Assembly (NCBI RefSeq): GCF_009914755.1
Contig: NC_060937.1
Source: the human T2T-CHM13v2.0 reference genome, Homo sapiens
Length of the DNA: 64,000 nucleotides
Strand: one strand, 5' to 3'
This document shows positions 13,854 through 26,403 of the stretch, piece after piece (the first letter of the stretch is position 1; the number at the start of each line of letters is the position of its first letter). Under the pieces are notes generated by a model. The model saw only the letters and a list, made by a program, of their open reading frames with translations, made no database searches and had not been told where the DNA came from. A program made the position numbers and the translations under genes.

Positions 13854-13910
13854 ATTTGAATCCTCATGGCTGTGGCCATTGGTCTCGACCAATTCCTTGG
13901 TACCTTTTAA
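13854..13910 (-). CDS. ENOX1: ENOX1 coding exon (57 nt, phase 0-0): LKGTKELVETNGHSHEDSN
   Basis: Acceptor ...ttccttaaaatttgcag (13911-13912) after a T-rich tract, and donor AAT|GTAGGT (13852-13853). It has 19 open codons matching the recalled ENOX1 continuation after ...VLQEQ. Confidence 0.93.
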
Positions 13911-16900
13911 CTGCAAATTTTAAGGAAAAACAACACAAAACAAAAAAATGAATAAGCAAGCAAATCTCTTAAGTATATCATCTTGTTAACTGATTTATCT
14001 GAGGTTGCATTTTATAAAACTTCCAATGAGATAAAACAGATGGAGCACATATTTCTAATGAGCCTTATTGGAGCCAGTTTGAGACCAATATTTTATGAAG
14101 TTTGATGCCTGGCAAAAGAATAAATGGGTCTTGGTCATTATTTTTTAAATAATAAGATTAGAAAGCAGTTCCATAGGCATAAAATGTATAAAATTGGTTC
14201 TTAAGAATAATAAATGATTTCATTTCCTAGTTGGATTGCTATTAATTTAAACCCTGCAGTGTTTGCAAGTTGCCACCAGCAAAATGATGTTATATTAACG
14301 ATTATTCGTGAATGATGCATTTTCAGCTGCTTTTAACATGCTACTGTGCTACCAGACAGGTCCTCCTTGAGAATATATTTGAATGACTGACATCTCTGGA
14401 GGACTAAAGACGGTTGCTTCTTTGGTAGAGAAAGAGTTTGGATGACATCTCCTTGGCCGCTGAGGCATTAGAAGAAATTATATTTCTCTAATGAGATTTT
14501 TAGCAGTGAACATTTGAAAACATTTCTCTTTCTCAGAGGCTTAGGAGTAATCAGTTATAAGGAGGTTTCAGGAAACCTTTAATTGTCATTTTATCCTATC
14601 CTGACGCAAAACAGACATTTAGAATCAGACGGCAAAGGAAGAGGGTGAGCTGGCTTGCAACTGTTTTGCCAGTATTTTTTCCTGACTTAGGAAAGCAGCA
14701 TCTCCTCCATTATCTTTTTTATACCTAATACAAAGTATTCATGGTAGGAAAAAATACTTAAGATTTGAAAGAAAATCAATGCACATATACCACCAATGTG
14801 TTTGATTCATAACATTGGTTCCTTCTGGCTACTTGTGCATATTAAAATGAAAGCTTCTTTAGTTTTTTAAGGCCAGTCTTAAACTCCCAGCAAAAAAAAG
14901 CCCTACCCGCTCCATGCCAAAGAAGGGGTTTTGCCAAAGGAATGGTAACATGAAGAAATTGAGGATCAGGTAGTTGATTATGGACCAAAGGCTCTTTGGC
15001 TCATTTCCATATCACTCCCACTTAAGAAAAAAGTCTGCCCACTGTTCTCTAGGGCAACATCATTGATGGTTCTACACACAACAGACACAGGGGAGCATGG
15101 GCGATGTATGGCATATATGACAAGGCAGAGGTGTGCCACAATAATAGGAATACTGTCTATTATCACAGGACACAAAAGGACTTTTTAAAATCCCCTCACT
15201 CTTTTCCTAGCTGAGGGTTTCTTATTGTAGGTATCCCTCATCTTCATCAACCTCTCTGCTCATCCCACCTTAGGTCCTGTAGCTTGTGCTCCCATGAGTT
15301 CGAGTGGGGTTAGCTCAGAAGGTCTTGTTCTTTTTCAGCAGAAGTAGAGGACTATTTTGTGAATGTCTGTTCCACCTTTACGTGTTTACCAACATAAATG
15401 TGCCAGTTGCTCTCCTCTCTTTTAAATAAACTCCATTCTTCCCATTCCATGATGTCCTCTAACTCTGCTCTCGCTTTTTCTGCTCCTGTTTATTCTCCCC
15501 TCACTCCCTGTCTCCTGGCATTGTTCACTCCGCTGTGCTCCATTGCCAGAACCGTGGAGGAAACCCCTCCCCGCTGCAGCCCACCCCTCTCCTTCCTCGA
15601 GCTGCAGCTCCAGGACAGCTGCTGCTTTGTTCTTCTCTCTGCTCCCTGTTCTTCTCTCCTTTAGCTGCTACTCTCCCCCAGGTAGGGCTGAACATCCTGT
15701 CTGATGAAACTGAGGTTTGTGAACAAGCTCCAGAGGTAGGAAGCTATCCTCATTGTAAATGAGATGAAAGGCAGGAGTCAGTGGGGCCTGGAGGGACCTA
15801 GAAAAGCTGCATCTTCGCAAATGGGAAGACTGAGAGCTTAGGGGTTAGCGTGGCCTTCCCTGGAGGGGCTGGGGCCTGAGGGTGGGAAAGGTCTGCCCTC
15901 AGGACCTATCCTTTCTTGTCAGGATTCCCAGCACGGGGCAATCCTGTGAATAGCAACATTCCAAATCTGCAGAGCAGGGTGTATCTTTCCCTGCATGTGT
16001 CCATTTGTTTAGGCCACATCTATGTGGGCACTGAAACTGTTTACGCATAGAGTTACTCTACACAAATCCAAAGAAAGCCTCAAAGGCAGTGGTCAGTGGA
16101 GGTGAGAGGTGTCATCAGTGCACATCTGTGTGTGGGTACAGGGACATGGAAAGAAACCTGTACCCTGCATGGCCCCTTTTGCAAGAACCACCAAGGGGTA
16201 GCAGGTGAGGGGCTCTTGGACAAACAGCTTGGTAATGGCACCAGCACCCAAAAACATTTGGTGTCAGGCTTAAAGATTCTTGGTATCTGTGCTTGTAAAG
16301 AGCTATCCCATTGAAATTAATATTGCAGATTTAAAATTCTTCCTTCTCAATTGTATTTTCTAGGTCTTTAATGATTTTAGCTGTTTCGAATCTTCTTCAC
16401 GTTCTCTTTTTTTTAAAATAATGGAGAGTGAAGTGTGATGTTTCACCCATAATTGTGTGTGCTCTGCTCTTTAAAAATGCATGCCACAACAAGATATATC
16501 AATACTTTCAGCAAAACTCAGAATCTATTTTTATGACTAGGGTTTGGACTTCAAAATAAAGGATTTGAGTCATTTAGAGAAAAGAGAAATTCACCCCTCC
16601 CCACTCTAGTCAAAGCTATCTAAAAGAAAAAAAATCGGGGTGAGAGAGCAGAAAACAACAAAAGCTCAGAGCTATATCTGGTTGATTTGGAGCAAATTTG
16701 GACCAACTCAGTTCCACTTTGCTGGGAGTCTTTTCATAATATAACAGTGGAAAGCACAGTGATTTCAGGTCTCCTCAACTGCAGGTCATTGTGAATTCAG
16801 TCAACTAGATTTTTCATTTCAATCTACTATATCTGAAATCATACAGAGTCAGCCTCAGTACAAGTTACTGAATCTATATTCATCATATAAAGATAATTAT

Positions 16901-17925
16901 TAGTTTTATAAAGCATTTTCTTCCAAAGCTATAAAGGTTTATAAACTAATATCTGTACTTTTCTCTCACAAATCACTCATACCTTTGGGAGAAAATAACT
17001 AAAAAGATATTTTCTGGACCCCAAACCATTAAAAAAAAATCACTCATAAAGTGACACAGAGCTGACTTTATATTTTCTCAAATGTCACCTTTGAAGTTAT
17101 GTATACAGTGTAAGGTTATTTATACAATATAAAACGATTATGTGTATGAAAAATTTAAAACAATCTGCATTTGATTACTCACAGAGGGTTGGGGTAACTG
17201 TATGCAACTTTTTCCTTCAAATTACCATTCATACATTGTTGGCAGCAAGTGAAGGCCAGAAATAGGAAGGCATTTCAAGAGCTCTCCTGGCTCCTCTCAT
17301 GTAGATAGTGGGCTTAGATTTCACTCTGCTGCCTGCCGAGTGTTCCATCTTACCCTGCTGTAAGACAATACTTTCCAATCCACTTATCAATGTCAGGCCA
17401 CACTTTTGTATCAAAGAAAGCCAGAATGAAATGATCAGGTTTACAAACTTCATATAAAAGGTCTGTTGCTCACCATGGTTAGATAAGTACCCTGATGCAC
17501 AGGGAAGATACTTTTTAAATGTTGCTATGAATCAGTCCTTGTTCATGTGTCTGCAGGAGTCTCATGGGTTATGCTGAACTCATTTTCCTCACTGTTAGAC
17601 TTAAGAGGAAACCAGCTGCTTACTTTGAAACATACCTCATTGCCAGTATTTTGAAACTTTATCGAAATTTGATTGTCTTCTGGAAGAAACTTTCACACAA
17701 CACTGGCAGGCTTGGGCAATCTAAACAAGTACAGGAGTGAGGATAGCGATGCTGGGAATGAGGTTATAAATTCCGCATAGCAAAGCTGCTAGGAAGTTTG
17801 ACAGGGTTCAGACTAATTGTACTGCAGATTACTTTCAGTAAATGTTTGCACGGGTGACGCACAAGGGAGGTATGCAATGGGGTGTTTGGACTGATTCATA
17901 AATCAGAGCTGTTTCATTCACTTAC

Positions 17926-18033
17926 TTGTTCCTGCAGGACTTTTAGTAACGCTTGTGTATGGGACTGCTCTTCCTTTGCTTGTTCCAATTCTGACTTTTT
18001 GTTGTTTAACTCCTCCTGGATGGTTAGCAATTG
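17926..18033 (-). CDS. ENOX1: ENOX1 coding exon (108 nt, phase 0-0): QLLTIQEELNNKKSELEQAKEEQSHTQALLKVLQEQ, coiled coil
   Basis: Acceptor ...ctttaatttcacag (18034-18035) and donor CAA|GTAAGT (17924-17925). The peptide lies within ORF 17914..18135 and continues the ENOX1 sequence. Confidence 0.96.
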
Positions 18034-19599
18034 CTGTGAAATTAAAGGATATTTAGCATAAGTAGGATTGAAGGTCAGGTGATTTAAAAATATCCACAAT
18101 ACCCATTCAAAATTATGAGTAGAAGATGTTTGCAAGTCTTGAAGCTTAATTCAGACCTCAGTTGACCTTGTGTGTTTTCCGCACTAAGTATCAAGGGCAT
18201 TGCAGTTTTGACACACTTTAGGTTGTTTGTGATACTGATGCACAAAACTTGTTTTCATATTTGTGAAGGCATCATTATATTCCTTTGAGCAAATGCCTAT
18301 TTGTAAAACTATATAGGATAGTGCTAATACATTACATTCATAGATGAAAAAATTATAATATAGTCAACTTGTCCAACGTTGCTTCATTTCACATATTACA
18401 GTAAAGCTAGCTTTACAGTAACTCTATAAAGCTACTTTGCCAAGTGGCTGGGACCACAAAAGATCCTTTTACTTTCTCTGTTATGATGGTGATGTTTTAT
18501 TAGATCAGTAGGACTGAAGTCCAAACTGCAATCAATATATCAGCTGAGAAAACTGCTGATATAAACTGTCAAAACATCAAGCTATGGCCTACACTGCTAT
18601 TTTTAAGCAGGGCCACTGTATGGATTTTTGTAAGCCCTGAGCTTCCCTTGCCCTATCAACTGTAACTCATGTGAAGGCTTTCCTTGTCTGCCAAAAGCAC
18701 AGCGCTGCGCAGTGCGAATTCTTTGGGACATGGTGATATGTTAATATATACATAGGCTGGAGAATACATTCAAGAGCTGCAAAAAGGCCCTGGAAACAGC
18801 TCTGACTATTCAGAGCTTCTTGACAACAAAGGACTGGTTCGAAAAGACAGAGTGCATTTCTTCTGCTACTGTACATAACAATTGCTGTACTAATGATCTG
18901 GAAATGTTAGTGGATTCCTGCTATGAAGAGACCTGTCTCCAATAGCCAGGCTACTTCTTCAGGGCCTTGACAAGCTGGCTGCAGAGCTGCCTGGCCAGTT
19001 CCTAACCATCAAAGCCTGGAGAAACACTGGCACTGGATTTCTCAGGCTTAAACCTACCAACTGGAAGGATTAAATTAAATCTCCAAATCTACTGGTTTGG
19101 GGGGATTTTGCAGGGTAGGAAGTACTCAGAAAAACACACTGTGCTTTCCCTGGGACTTGCTTGTTCTGCTAACTACTGTGGCACTGGGTATAAATGTAAG
19201 AACCTACTTTGGTCCTGTAGCATAAACAGTGATTTCTTGCAATTTTCTAAAAGCTCAGTGTGTCCTATTTCACCACCTGCCCATGGAATAATCAATCACA
19301 TGTGAGGTAATGTACACATTCCACATGCGCTCACTTAACAATTTGTGGGATTTAATTGTGCATCATTGATTAAAGTACAGAAACCAAGGAGCCCATTTTG
19401 CACTTTGGCACAGTGACAAGCACCTACATTGTGTCCAGACCGTGGGGAATGGCTCTGTTCCTTCATTCACATTCCTGACTGGCCCTAGAACAGTTCCAAA
19501 GGGAACTGGTGCCCTGACTTGGGTAATGCCGAGTGAATTTTACTTCATGAGACGATTTCAAATCCAATCCTTAAATCTCTTTTGAAAAATGAGCCAAAT

Positions 19600-19975
19600 G
19601 AAAGATAGGAAGTTGTCTTCAAAGGTAGGTAGCTCATGTTTGCTTATTGCAGCACTTGAGGTGGCAAAACCAAAAATAACTGATGTCCAGAAGAAGGGAG
19701 GTGGACATTAATAATCGTGTATCTGTATCATCAGACACTATGCAGCCATTTAAGATGAAGTTGCACAAATGTCTTCTAATGACACAGAAGAAGCTCAAAA
19801 AGCACTGCTCAGCAAAAAATACATTCAGGTTACAAAATGTAACTTTGCAGCATATTCATAGGAAAGGATCTAGATGCTGTCTCTGGGTGGGTGGGTTCAT
19901 GTATCTTTCTTTTTTGCTTGTCAGTTTTCTGGTATATCTGTAACACATACTGCTTTAGTAATGAGAAAAAATCAA
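19600..19975 (+). mobile_element. Ancient L1ME-type 3' end, uninterrupted
   Basis: ttattgcagcactt...actatgcagccatttaagatg...aaaaaatacattcaggttacaaaa...tctctgggtgggtggg. Confidence 0.5.
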
Positions 19976-20549
19976 ATGAATTTAAGATCGGGGAAGAACA
20001 AAGAGAGGAATACTACTTGGACACCTCTCTCAGCTATTACCAATACTGTGAATAAATAAGAGGGAGAAGTGCATTGGAGTCTTCATTGCATCCGCACACT
20101 TACAACTCTTCCTTCTATTAAAACACACACACACACACACACAAGCATGTGTGTGCATATACACCCCTTTCTCTTGACCACTCTTTTTCTTTTAGCCTCC
20201 CTCTTATCTCATCCATTCTTGGATTCACACTTTTTAAATGAAATGTCTTCCCTCTCATCAGTGCTTCCTTTTCTTCTTATGTGTCAGTGATGTAGTGTCT
20301 AGATTTTTATTTCAATGTGTTTTTCCAAAACATATATTGTCATTGTTTTGTGTGTTTTTTTATGTGATATTATGTTTCTTATTGTTTGCTATGTTTTAAA
20401 TTAGCATTATGTTTTTAAGATCCATCCATGTTACTATTTTTTTGTTAATGAATTTATTTAAAAATCTAATAGATTTTCCCCTTTTATTCCCAAAATGTGC
20501 TATACATAAGGAAACTTTGAAATTCCCTTGAGATTTTACTGAGCTTGAT

Positions 20550-20628
20550 TTATTATTATTTTTTATTATACTTTAAGTTCTGGGATATATGTGCAGAACG
20601 TGTAGGTTTGTTACATAGGTATACACGT
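20550..20628 (-). mobile_element. Very short L1PA 3'-terminal fragment within an older minus-strand L1M remnant (~20330-21070)
   Basis: ttattatactttaagttctgggatatatgtgcagaacgtgtaggtttgttacataggtatacacgt is the reverse complement of the L1PA 3' terminus. Confidence 0.8.
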
Positions 20629-21097
20629 TACTATTTTATGTATCTAATCCATGCTTCTGATGGGGTATATCCACCCCATTTTACCCAACCCACTCTCACA
20701 GTGAAGGCCATTCAGATTACCCCAATTCTTCCCACTGTATACAAGCCTGCAATGGAATATGCTAGTGCAAGTTCCCTTATGGCCCTGTGGGAGGATTTCC
20801 CTGGGATGCATATCCAGTGGTGGAACTCTTAGGTAAAAGAGTGAATTTGGCAAAGCTGCTCTCTGGGATGGTTATGCCAGTCTACCTGCCTGTCAGTGGT
20901 GTGTAAGAGCTGCTGTGCTCTACTGAATAATAACACTAAAAGCATTGTTCGGCTTTCTAATTGTTGCCAGTTTAATAGAACACCAAGATTCTTCATCTTT
21001 GAAAAATTTTGTACTTCTTTGATTCCCTGTGATTTTAAGCATCTTATATACTTGCTAGCTATAGGGGTTTATTTATAATTTTTAAAATAGTCAAGAG

Positions 21098-21284
21098 CAG
21101 TGGTTCTTAATTCTGACTCTCCATTAACATTATCTGTGAAGATTTTCAAAAAAATACTTATTTCTGGGCCTGACACAAGACCAATTAACTCAGAATATTG
21201 AGAGGTGGGACCCAGGCACTGACCATTTTTAAAACACCTTCACAGGTAATTATTCTAATGTGTAACTGGGGATGAAAACCACTG
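21098..21284. mobile_element. MER5-family hAT-Charlie DNA transposon
   Basis: TIRs cagtggttct...aaaaccactg and internal tcagaat...gggacccagg...caggt..attctaatgtg. Confidence 0.75.
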
Positions 21285-21339
21285 TATCCTGAAATGCTTA
21301 TTTAATCTTGCTTATTTAATCTTCAGTCTACTATAATGT

Positions 21340-22420
21340 GACTTTAATCCCTAGTACTCTACTCAGACTGTTCTCACTACAGTCACCAGTGCCTTGCTAA
21401 TTGCCAGCTAGTATTCCAGGTTCTTTTCTTCTCACTACACGCTCTCTCCAGGGGATCCTATTCACGCCCATGGCTTTAACTACACATCACATGTGCTGGT
21501 GCTTTACAACACTGCCTTTACAGCCTCTGCCTCTTTCTTACCACCTACCAGACCCTTCACTTCCTGTGTTTACAACTGTGCCCATTAGCACACCTACCCT
21601 TCCCACCCCAACCAGTCTAAACGTCTTCCCCTGGTAACCAGAGTTAAAACCTTGAAGTCAACGCTGGCCCTTTCATCACCTTCACAACCTCTTTGCCGGT
21701 TCCTTGACCTTTTCTCCATCCCATCCTTGCTGTCATAGTAAAGGCTACCATCTCCTCTCCTCTGGGTTTTTCCTGTTCCCCCTGCCATTTACCCGACACT
21801 CCTGAGAGAGTTGACTTCCCATGAATTAAAGTGCTCCCATGATTAAAAGTACTGTTAATTCTCTAACCCCTATAGATAAAATCTAAACCACTAAACTCAT
21901 CCTTCCCCAGACATGCCAGCTGCTTCCATGACTTATGACAAGTTTACCACTCAGAATTCTGCCTGGCTTATTCCTACTCATTCTTTAAGCACCACCTCAA
22001 ATGTTGCTTTTGGCCCAAGATCAACTCAGATGATGCCTTTGTAAAACTGAAAAGAGCCCCATCCTCTCTAGGTAGAGACAATCCCTCACCAGGCATATGG
22101 TTGGGCACTGGCTTTGAGGCTTGATTTCATTCCCACTTACCCCTTTGGCCTGCTGCTCTTGTCCAGGGCAGAACCTACACTACGAAATGCGGTAGCCTTG
22201 GGTTCTTGCTCCAAAAAAATATTCTCTAATCACTGAAGCAAAGTTAGTTCATCTATCTTCTTGCTCCCAAAGCACTTAATTCAATATACCACATTTCATA
22301 TCTGTCTTCCCAACCAGACTACATTCACCAATATTAAGGTCAATGATTAGGTTACCTCTAATATATAATAGCTGCTGAATGAATAAATGAATAAATGAAG
22401 GGATAAATGAATGTTTGCTC
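21340..22420 (+). mobile_element. L2 LINE fragments
   Basis: Pyrimidine-rich L2 motifs (cccatggctttaac, ataaaatctaaac, ttcctactcattctttaag) ending in a (TGAA)n tail at ~22376-22412. Confidence 0.6.
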
Positions 22421-24028
22421 TTGTTTCCCCACTTCTATGGGATTAAACCATGATCCAACAACAAACAATAAAAAACCCACCAAAACAACAAAAACAAAAA
22501 CAACCCCCCAAAACACCTGAGGAATGATAAACTACTAATGTATTGTTCTAAACATATGGATACATAAAACTTTTTGAGGAAAACAGCAGTTTCATTTAAG
22601 ACATTTTGTTTCATTACCTGGCAGTTCCAGATATCCTTTTTAATCTGAAAAGAAATATTTCTCAACAGGCTAAGGAAATCCAATCAATGAATTTATAATT
22701 ACGTAATTTATTCTTCAAGTTTCACCACAATAAGAACAAAATCACCATTATCAGAAAAATAAAATCACTCCTAGACTGTTTTCTGCATTCTGCAAAGTTA
22801 ATGTGCTCTTTTGTTTTCAAGGTATAAACTCATAAACTAATATTTATATATTCAAAACAATGGTGATTCAAAACTGCCACTCTTCATGTGACTAGAGGTC
22901 CTATAAAAACGGAGGTAGTTCACAACTAGATGATTTAAGTCAGCCTTTCTGGTCTTTTTCACTTGAAATTTATGAGTCTCTATAATATTCTTTCCAGTTT
23001 GAATTTTTAAGTACTAAAGTGCCTCAATTATAGAAGTTCACAAGCAGCTAGAACTTAATCAGAAGAGTCTCTTGGTTGGATTGGCTGATGGCAGCGTAAT
23101 TTTAACATTTGAGAGTGTGGCATTAAACAGATGCACTATTACATTCTTTGGTGGTTACAATGGAGTGTGTTCCAATTAGACAATTATCCATATGCCAATC
23201 AAGTGGAAACACTTGGGCGGACCATAAGCAGGTAAATAAATGCTGTACCTGACACATCTTGATATTTCCAGGCCACTGATTTAATGGGATCATTTGTAAT
23301 GCTCTTTGGGGATGCAGACTTCAGTATGTAATGGGTCTTTCTTTCTGACAAATTCAAAGAGCATTACAAATGTTATTTGGAGCCCTAGAATAAGTGAGGT
23401 CACATTTCCATTTTTACAGATGGGAGAATCATGGGCACATAGAGATTAAGGTCATGCTGTCTGGGAGACACCTACCACTTGCACAGTTCAATTTTCCTAC
23501 CTCAACCCGTGGTTTCTATCCTGGCAATCACACTGCACTGTGAATTTGGAATGGAAATCAGAACATGCCAAACTTAAAAATCCTCCTAGCAACGACTTCT
23601 ATCTAAACATTCATCATTTCCACTTAGGAGCCAGGCTTGTTACAGACATGCTTTTGTGTATACTTCTGTGAGCGGTGTGTCAAATTTGACGTCCCTTTAA
23701 GAACAACAACCCCTTCCTTGTCTTTTTTCTTAAATTGTATAATTTTGTTACCAAGGTGAAGTTTTTATATAGTTAACAGACTATGTAAGTTTGGTTCCAT
23801 GAAAGTCATAGATGACAGTGCAAATACCCTATATGAAATACATCAGCCACATCTTGTTGTAAGCTGAAATTCACAGGATTGTGATTAATTCAGGAATCTT
23901 TGGCAGGATAGTGTGGGGTTAGGAGAACTTCTGTGGGATGGAGGAGTAAGTACCCTTTCTAAATTTAGGTTGGTGGTGGGTCAGGTAAACTAACACAAGG
24001 TAGATAGATATAGACAGTGACTGACACC

Positions 24029-24029
24029 A

Positions 24030-24061
<32 letters not shown>

Positions 24062-24063
24062 AC
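24029..24063. repeat. (CA)n microsatellite; a shorter one lies at 20123-20142
   Basis: Read directly from the sequence. Confidence 0.95.
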
Positions 24064-26403
24064 AATTTCTTTTCTTCTTCTGTTTCAGGATTTCCCCAGT
24101 GCTTGGCTCTTTGTTTAGTTCTAAAACAATCTGCTAATATTTATTCATTCATTCCTTTAGTCAACACTGAGCTCCTGCTGTGTGCATGGTACTGGGCTGG
24201 GCAATGTGAAAGATACAGAGGAAACAACAGTAAATAGCCTCTCCTCTAGATGCTGGGTCACAAAAATTCTTACATGTACATGATAACTAAGTCAGGACAA
24301 TACAAAGGACTCTTACAATGGCTATAACTAGTATGGTTTCCATAGGAATCCAGGAGATTTCTGGGGATCAGTTTAGGGGTCAGGAGAATGAGCTCAGGGG
24401 ATCCATCTTGAATCATAACTTGTTCCACTTATTGGAAATGAGCCACTGAATATTCACGATAATCTGGGAATATTTGAACCCACAGAATGTTATCAATTTA
24501 AATTCAATGTGTTTTTTACTCTTTTGGTTCAGTTTTAATAACTGTTGTTCCATCTCTGTAACTTTGCTATAAATCAGATGTCCTACTCAGTGGGATAATC
24601 CTTTAAGGCTAGCAGAGTATCACCTAAGGAAATGAGCCCCAGAGGTTTCCAAAGGGAATTCTCACCAAAGGCGATGGTGGGTGTGACTGCGTCTGATGGT
24701 CTCATCCCAGCAGTCCTTTTAACATTTGCTCTACGTGGCAATACCCATGAGTGTCCCGCCCCATCCTGCCTCTGTAACCCTGTTGCCAACCTGATTTTTC
24801 CCAGTATTTTGGCCTGCAATCTGAACTCCACCTGTGACCAGCTCTGCCAGATCCCTGTCCTACTGTAGAGCTTGAGATGGAAGTATACACCCCTTAATCC
24901 CCTTTCTCTTGGTGGGATCCTGTTACATCCCACCGCCCCACAGCTTACTGTGTCTTCAGGTCTCCCCAGGACTCTCCAGACCATCCACTGCTCCATCAAG
25001 TTTTGGTTCTCACTGACTTCAGAACTCTTTAGGAATGTCAGCCTTAGGTCCCGCTGATGAGGTCTACCTATGCTTGTTTTCCATCTGACACTGAATCCTG
25101 AGCTAATCCCTGATTGTTAGAGAAAGTTTGAGATTTAAAAATTCAAGTGAACATTATCACAACCTAAGAGCAAGGCTTTGCCTAAAGGCAAACACATCTA
25201 ACAGGATTTCTGACAAAGGAGAGAGCCTGTCTCTGGGGAAGGACAATCATTTGCCACCTGGTATCTACAATGCTCACTTTTCTCCTTGGGAAAAAAAGAA
25301 TTGAACTAGCTTGAATTTTCTTGTTACATGGGCTTGTAAGACTACTCAAGATCTATTCTAGTTTAAAACGTCATCTGCTTCCACCTGGGGATGAAACTGC
25401 ACTCAATTTACACTAAGGCATGAGGGTATCCAAGCCTATGGCCAGTGTATTAACCCTGGTGCCCCCCTCCCTGCCTCAGGCATGGTGACCCCTGGGGGAG
25501 AAACATCTCTTGGAGAGAACTCCACCATTCAGACGACTGATAACAGGAATCCTGGATCATGGAAATGAAATTGTGTTCACAGCCTAATATGCTATTACAC
25601 TAGGCTATACATATTTAATTCCTTGGGTCTTTCCTCATAAATCAATTCCTCTAGGCCTTTAATCTCGTCAATATCTTTTCTGATATTGAATTTTAAATGC
25701 CATTCTCATTGCTAGGCAGAAGGCAATCTCTCATTCATGATGAGATCAGGCTTCATTTATAGCTGAGAGATGGTGGGAGCATGGCCCTGTTCCCTGACCC
25801 TGCTGTTAAGATCCTAATGTCAGCTAGACCGCACAGCCGAGGTGCAGGCCTGCCTGGGTTGATCTCTGAGAGGTCAAGATAATGAACCCTGGGGTCATGC
25901 CTATCATTACTCTGGGAGCCTGGGACAGCTATGGAGAGGAGTGAGAAAGCTCAAGTAAGTGTTTCCAAGGGTCTGGCTTCTCATGGGGGTGCCTGAGGCA
26001 TGAAGGACCCTGCTGCACCCTGACCTGGCAAGGATCCCTGTGGACCGAGTAAGGCATGAGCTGAAGGATGCACACTGTGTGCGTACATCTGAGCAATGTC
26101 TCCCAGCGCAGGGGTGAAGGGAGGGCACAGGCTGTGTGTTCGCTAGGGGAAAAGAGGGCATGGAGGAACTCCAGAGAACAAGGACTTAGAGCTGAAAATG
26201 TTTCCAGGTTCCCTAGGGCTGGCCTGGAATGCAGTGGGATTTCCTCTGCTGCAGAGAAAAGGAAAAAAATCCAAGAATCTTTGAGCCATGAAAAATCTCC
26301 AAAGGGAGGAGTGAGTTTTTTTAGGACCTCAGGAGGCACAGAGAGGTTGAGAAAACACAGGAAGCCATCTGAGATACAGATTTGAGGGCCTAAGTCTGCA
26401 GCA

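Noticed and set aside
21295-21322. Short tandem duplications (14 bp here; similar ones at ~21817-21850 and ~59944-59992)
   Set aside because: Ordinary slippage products.
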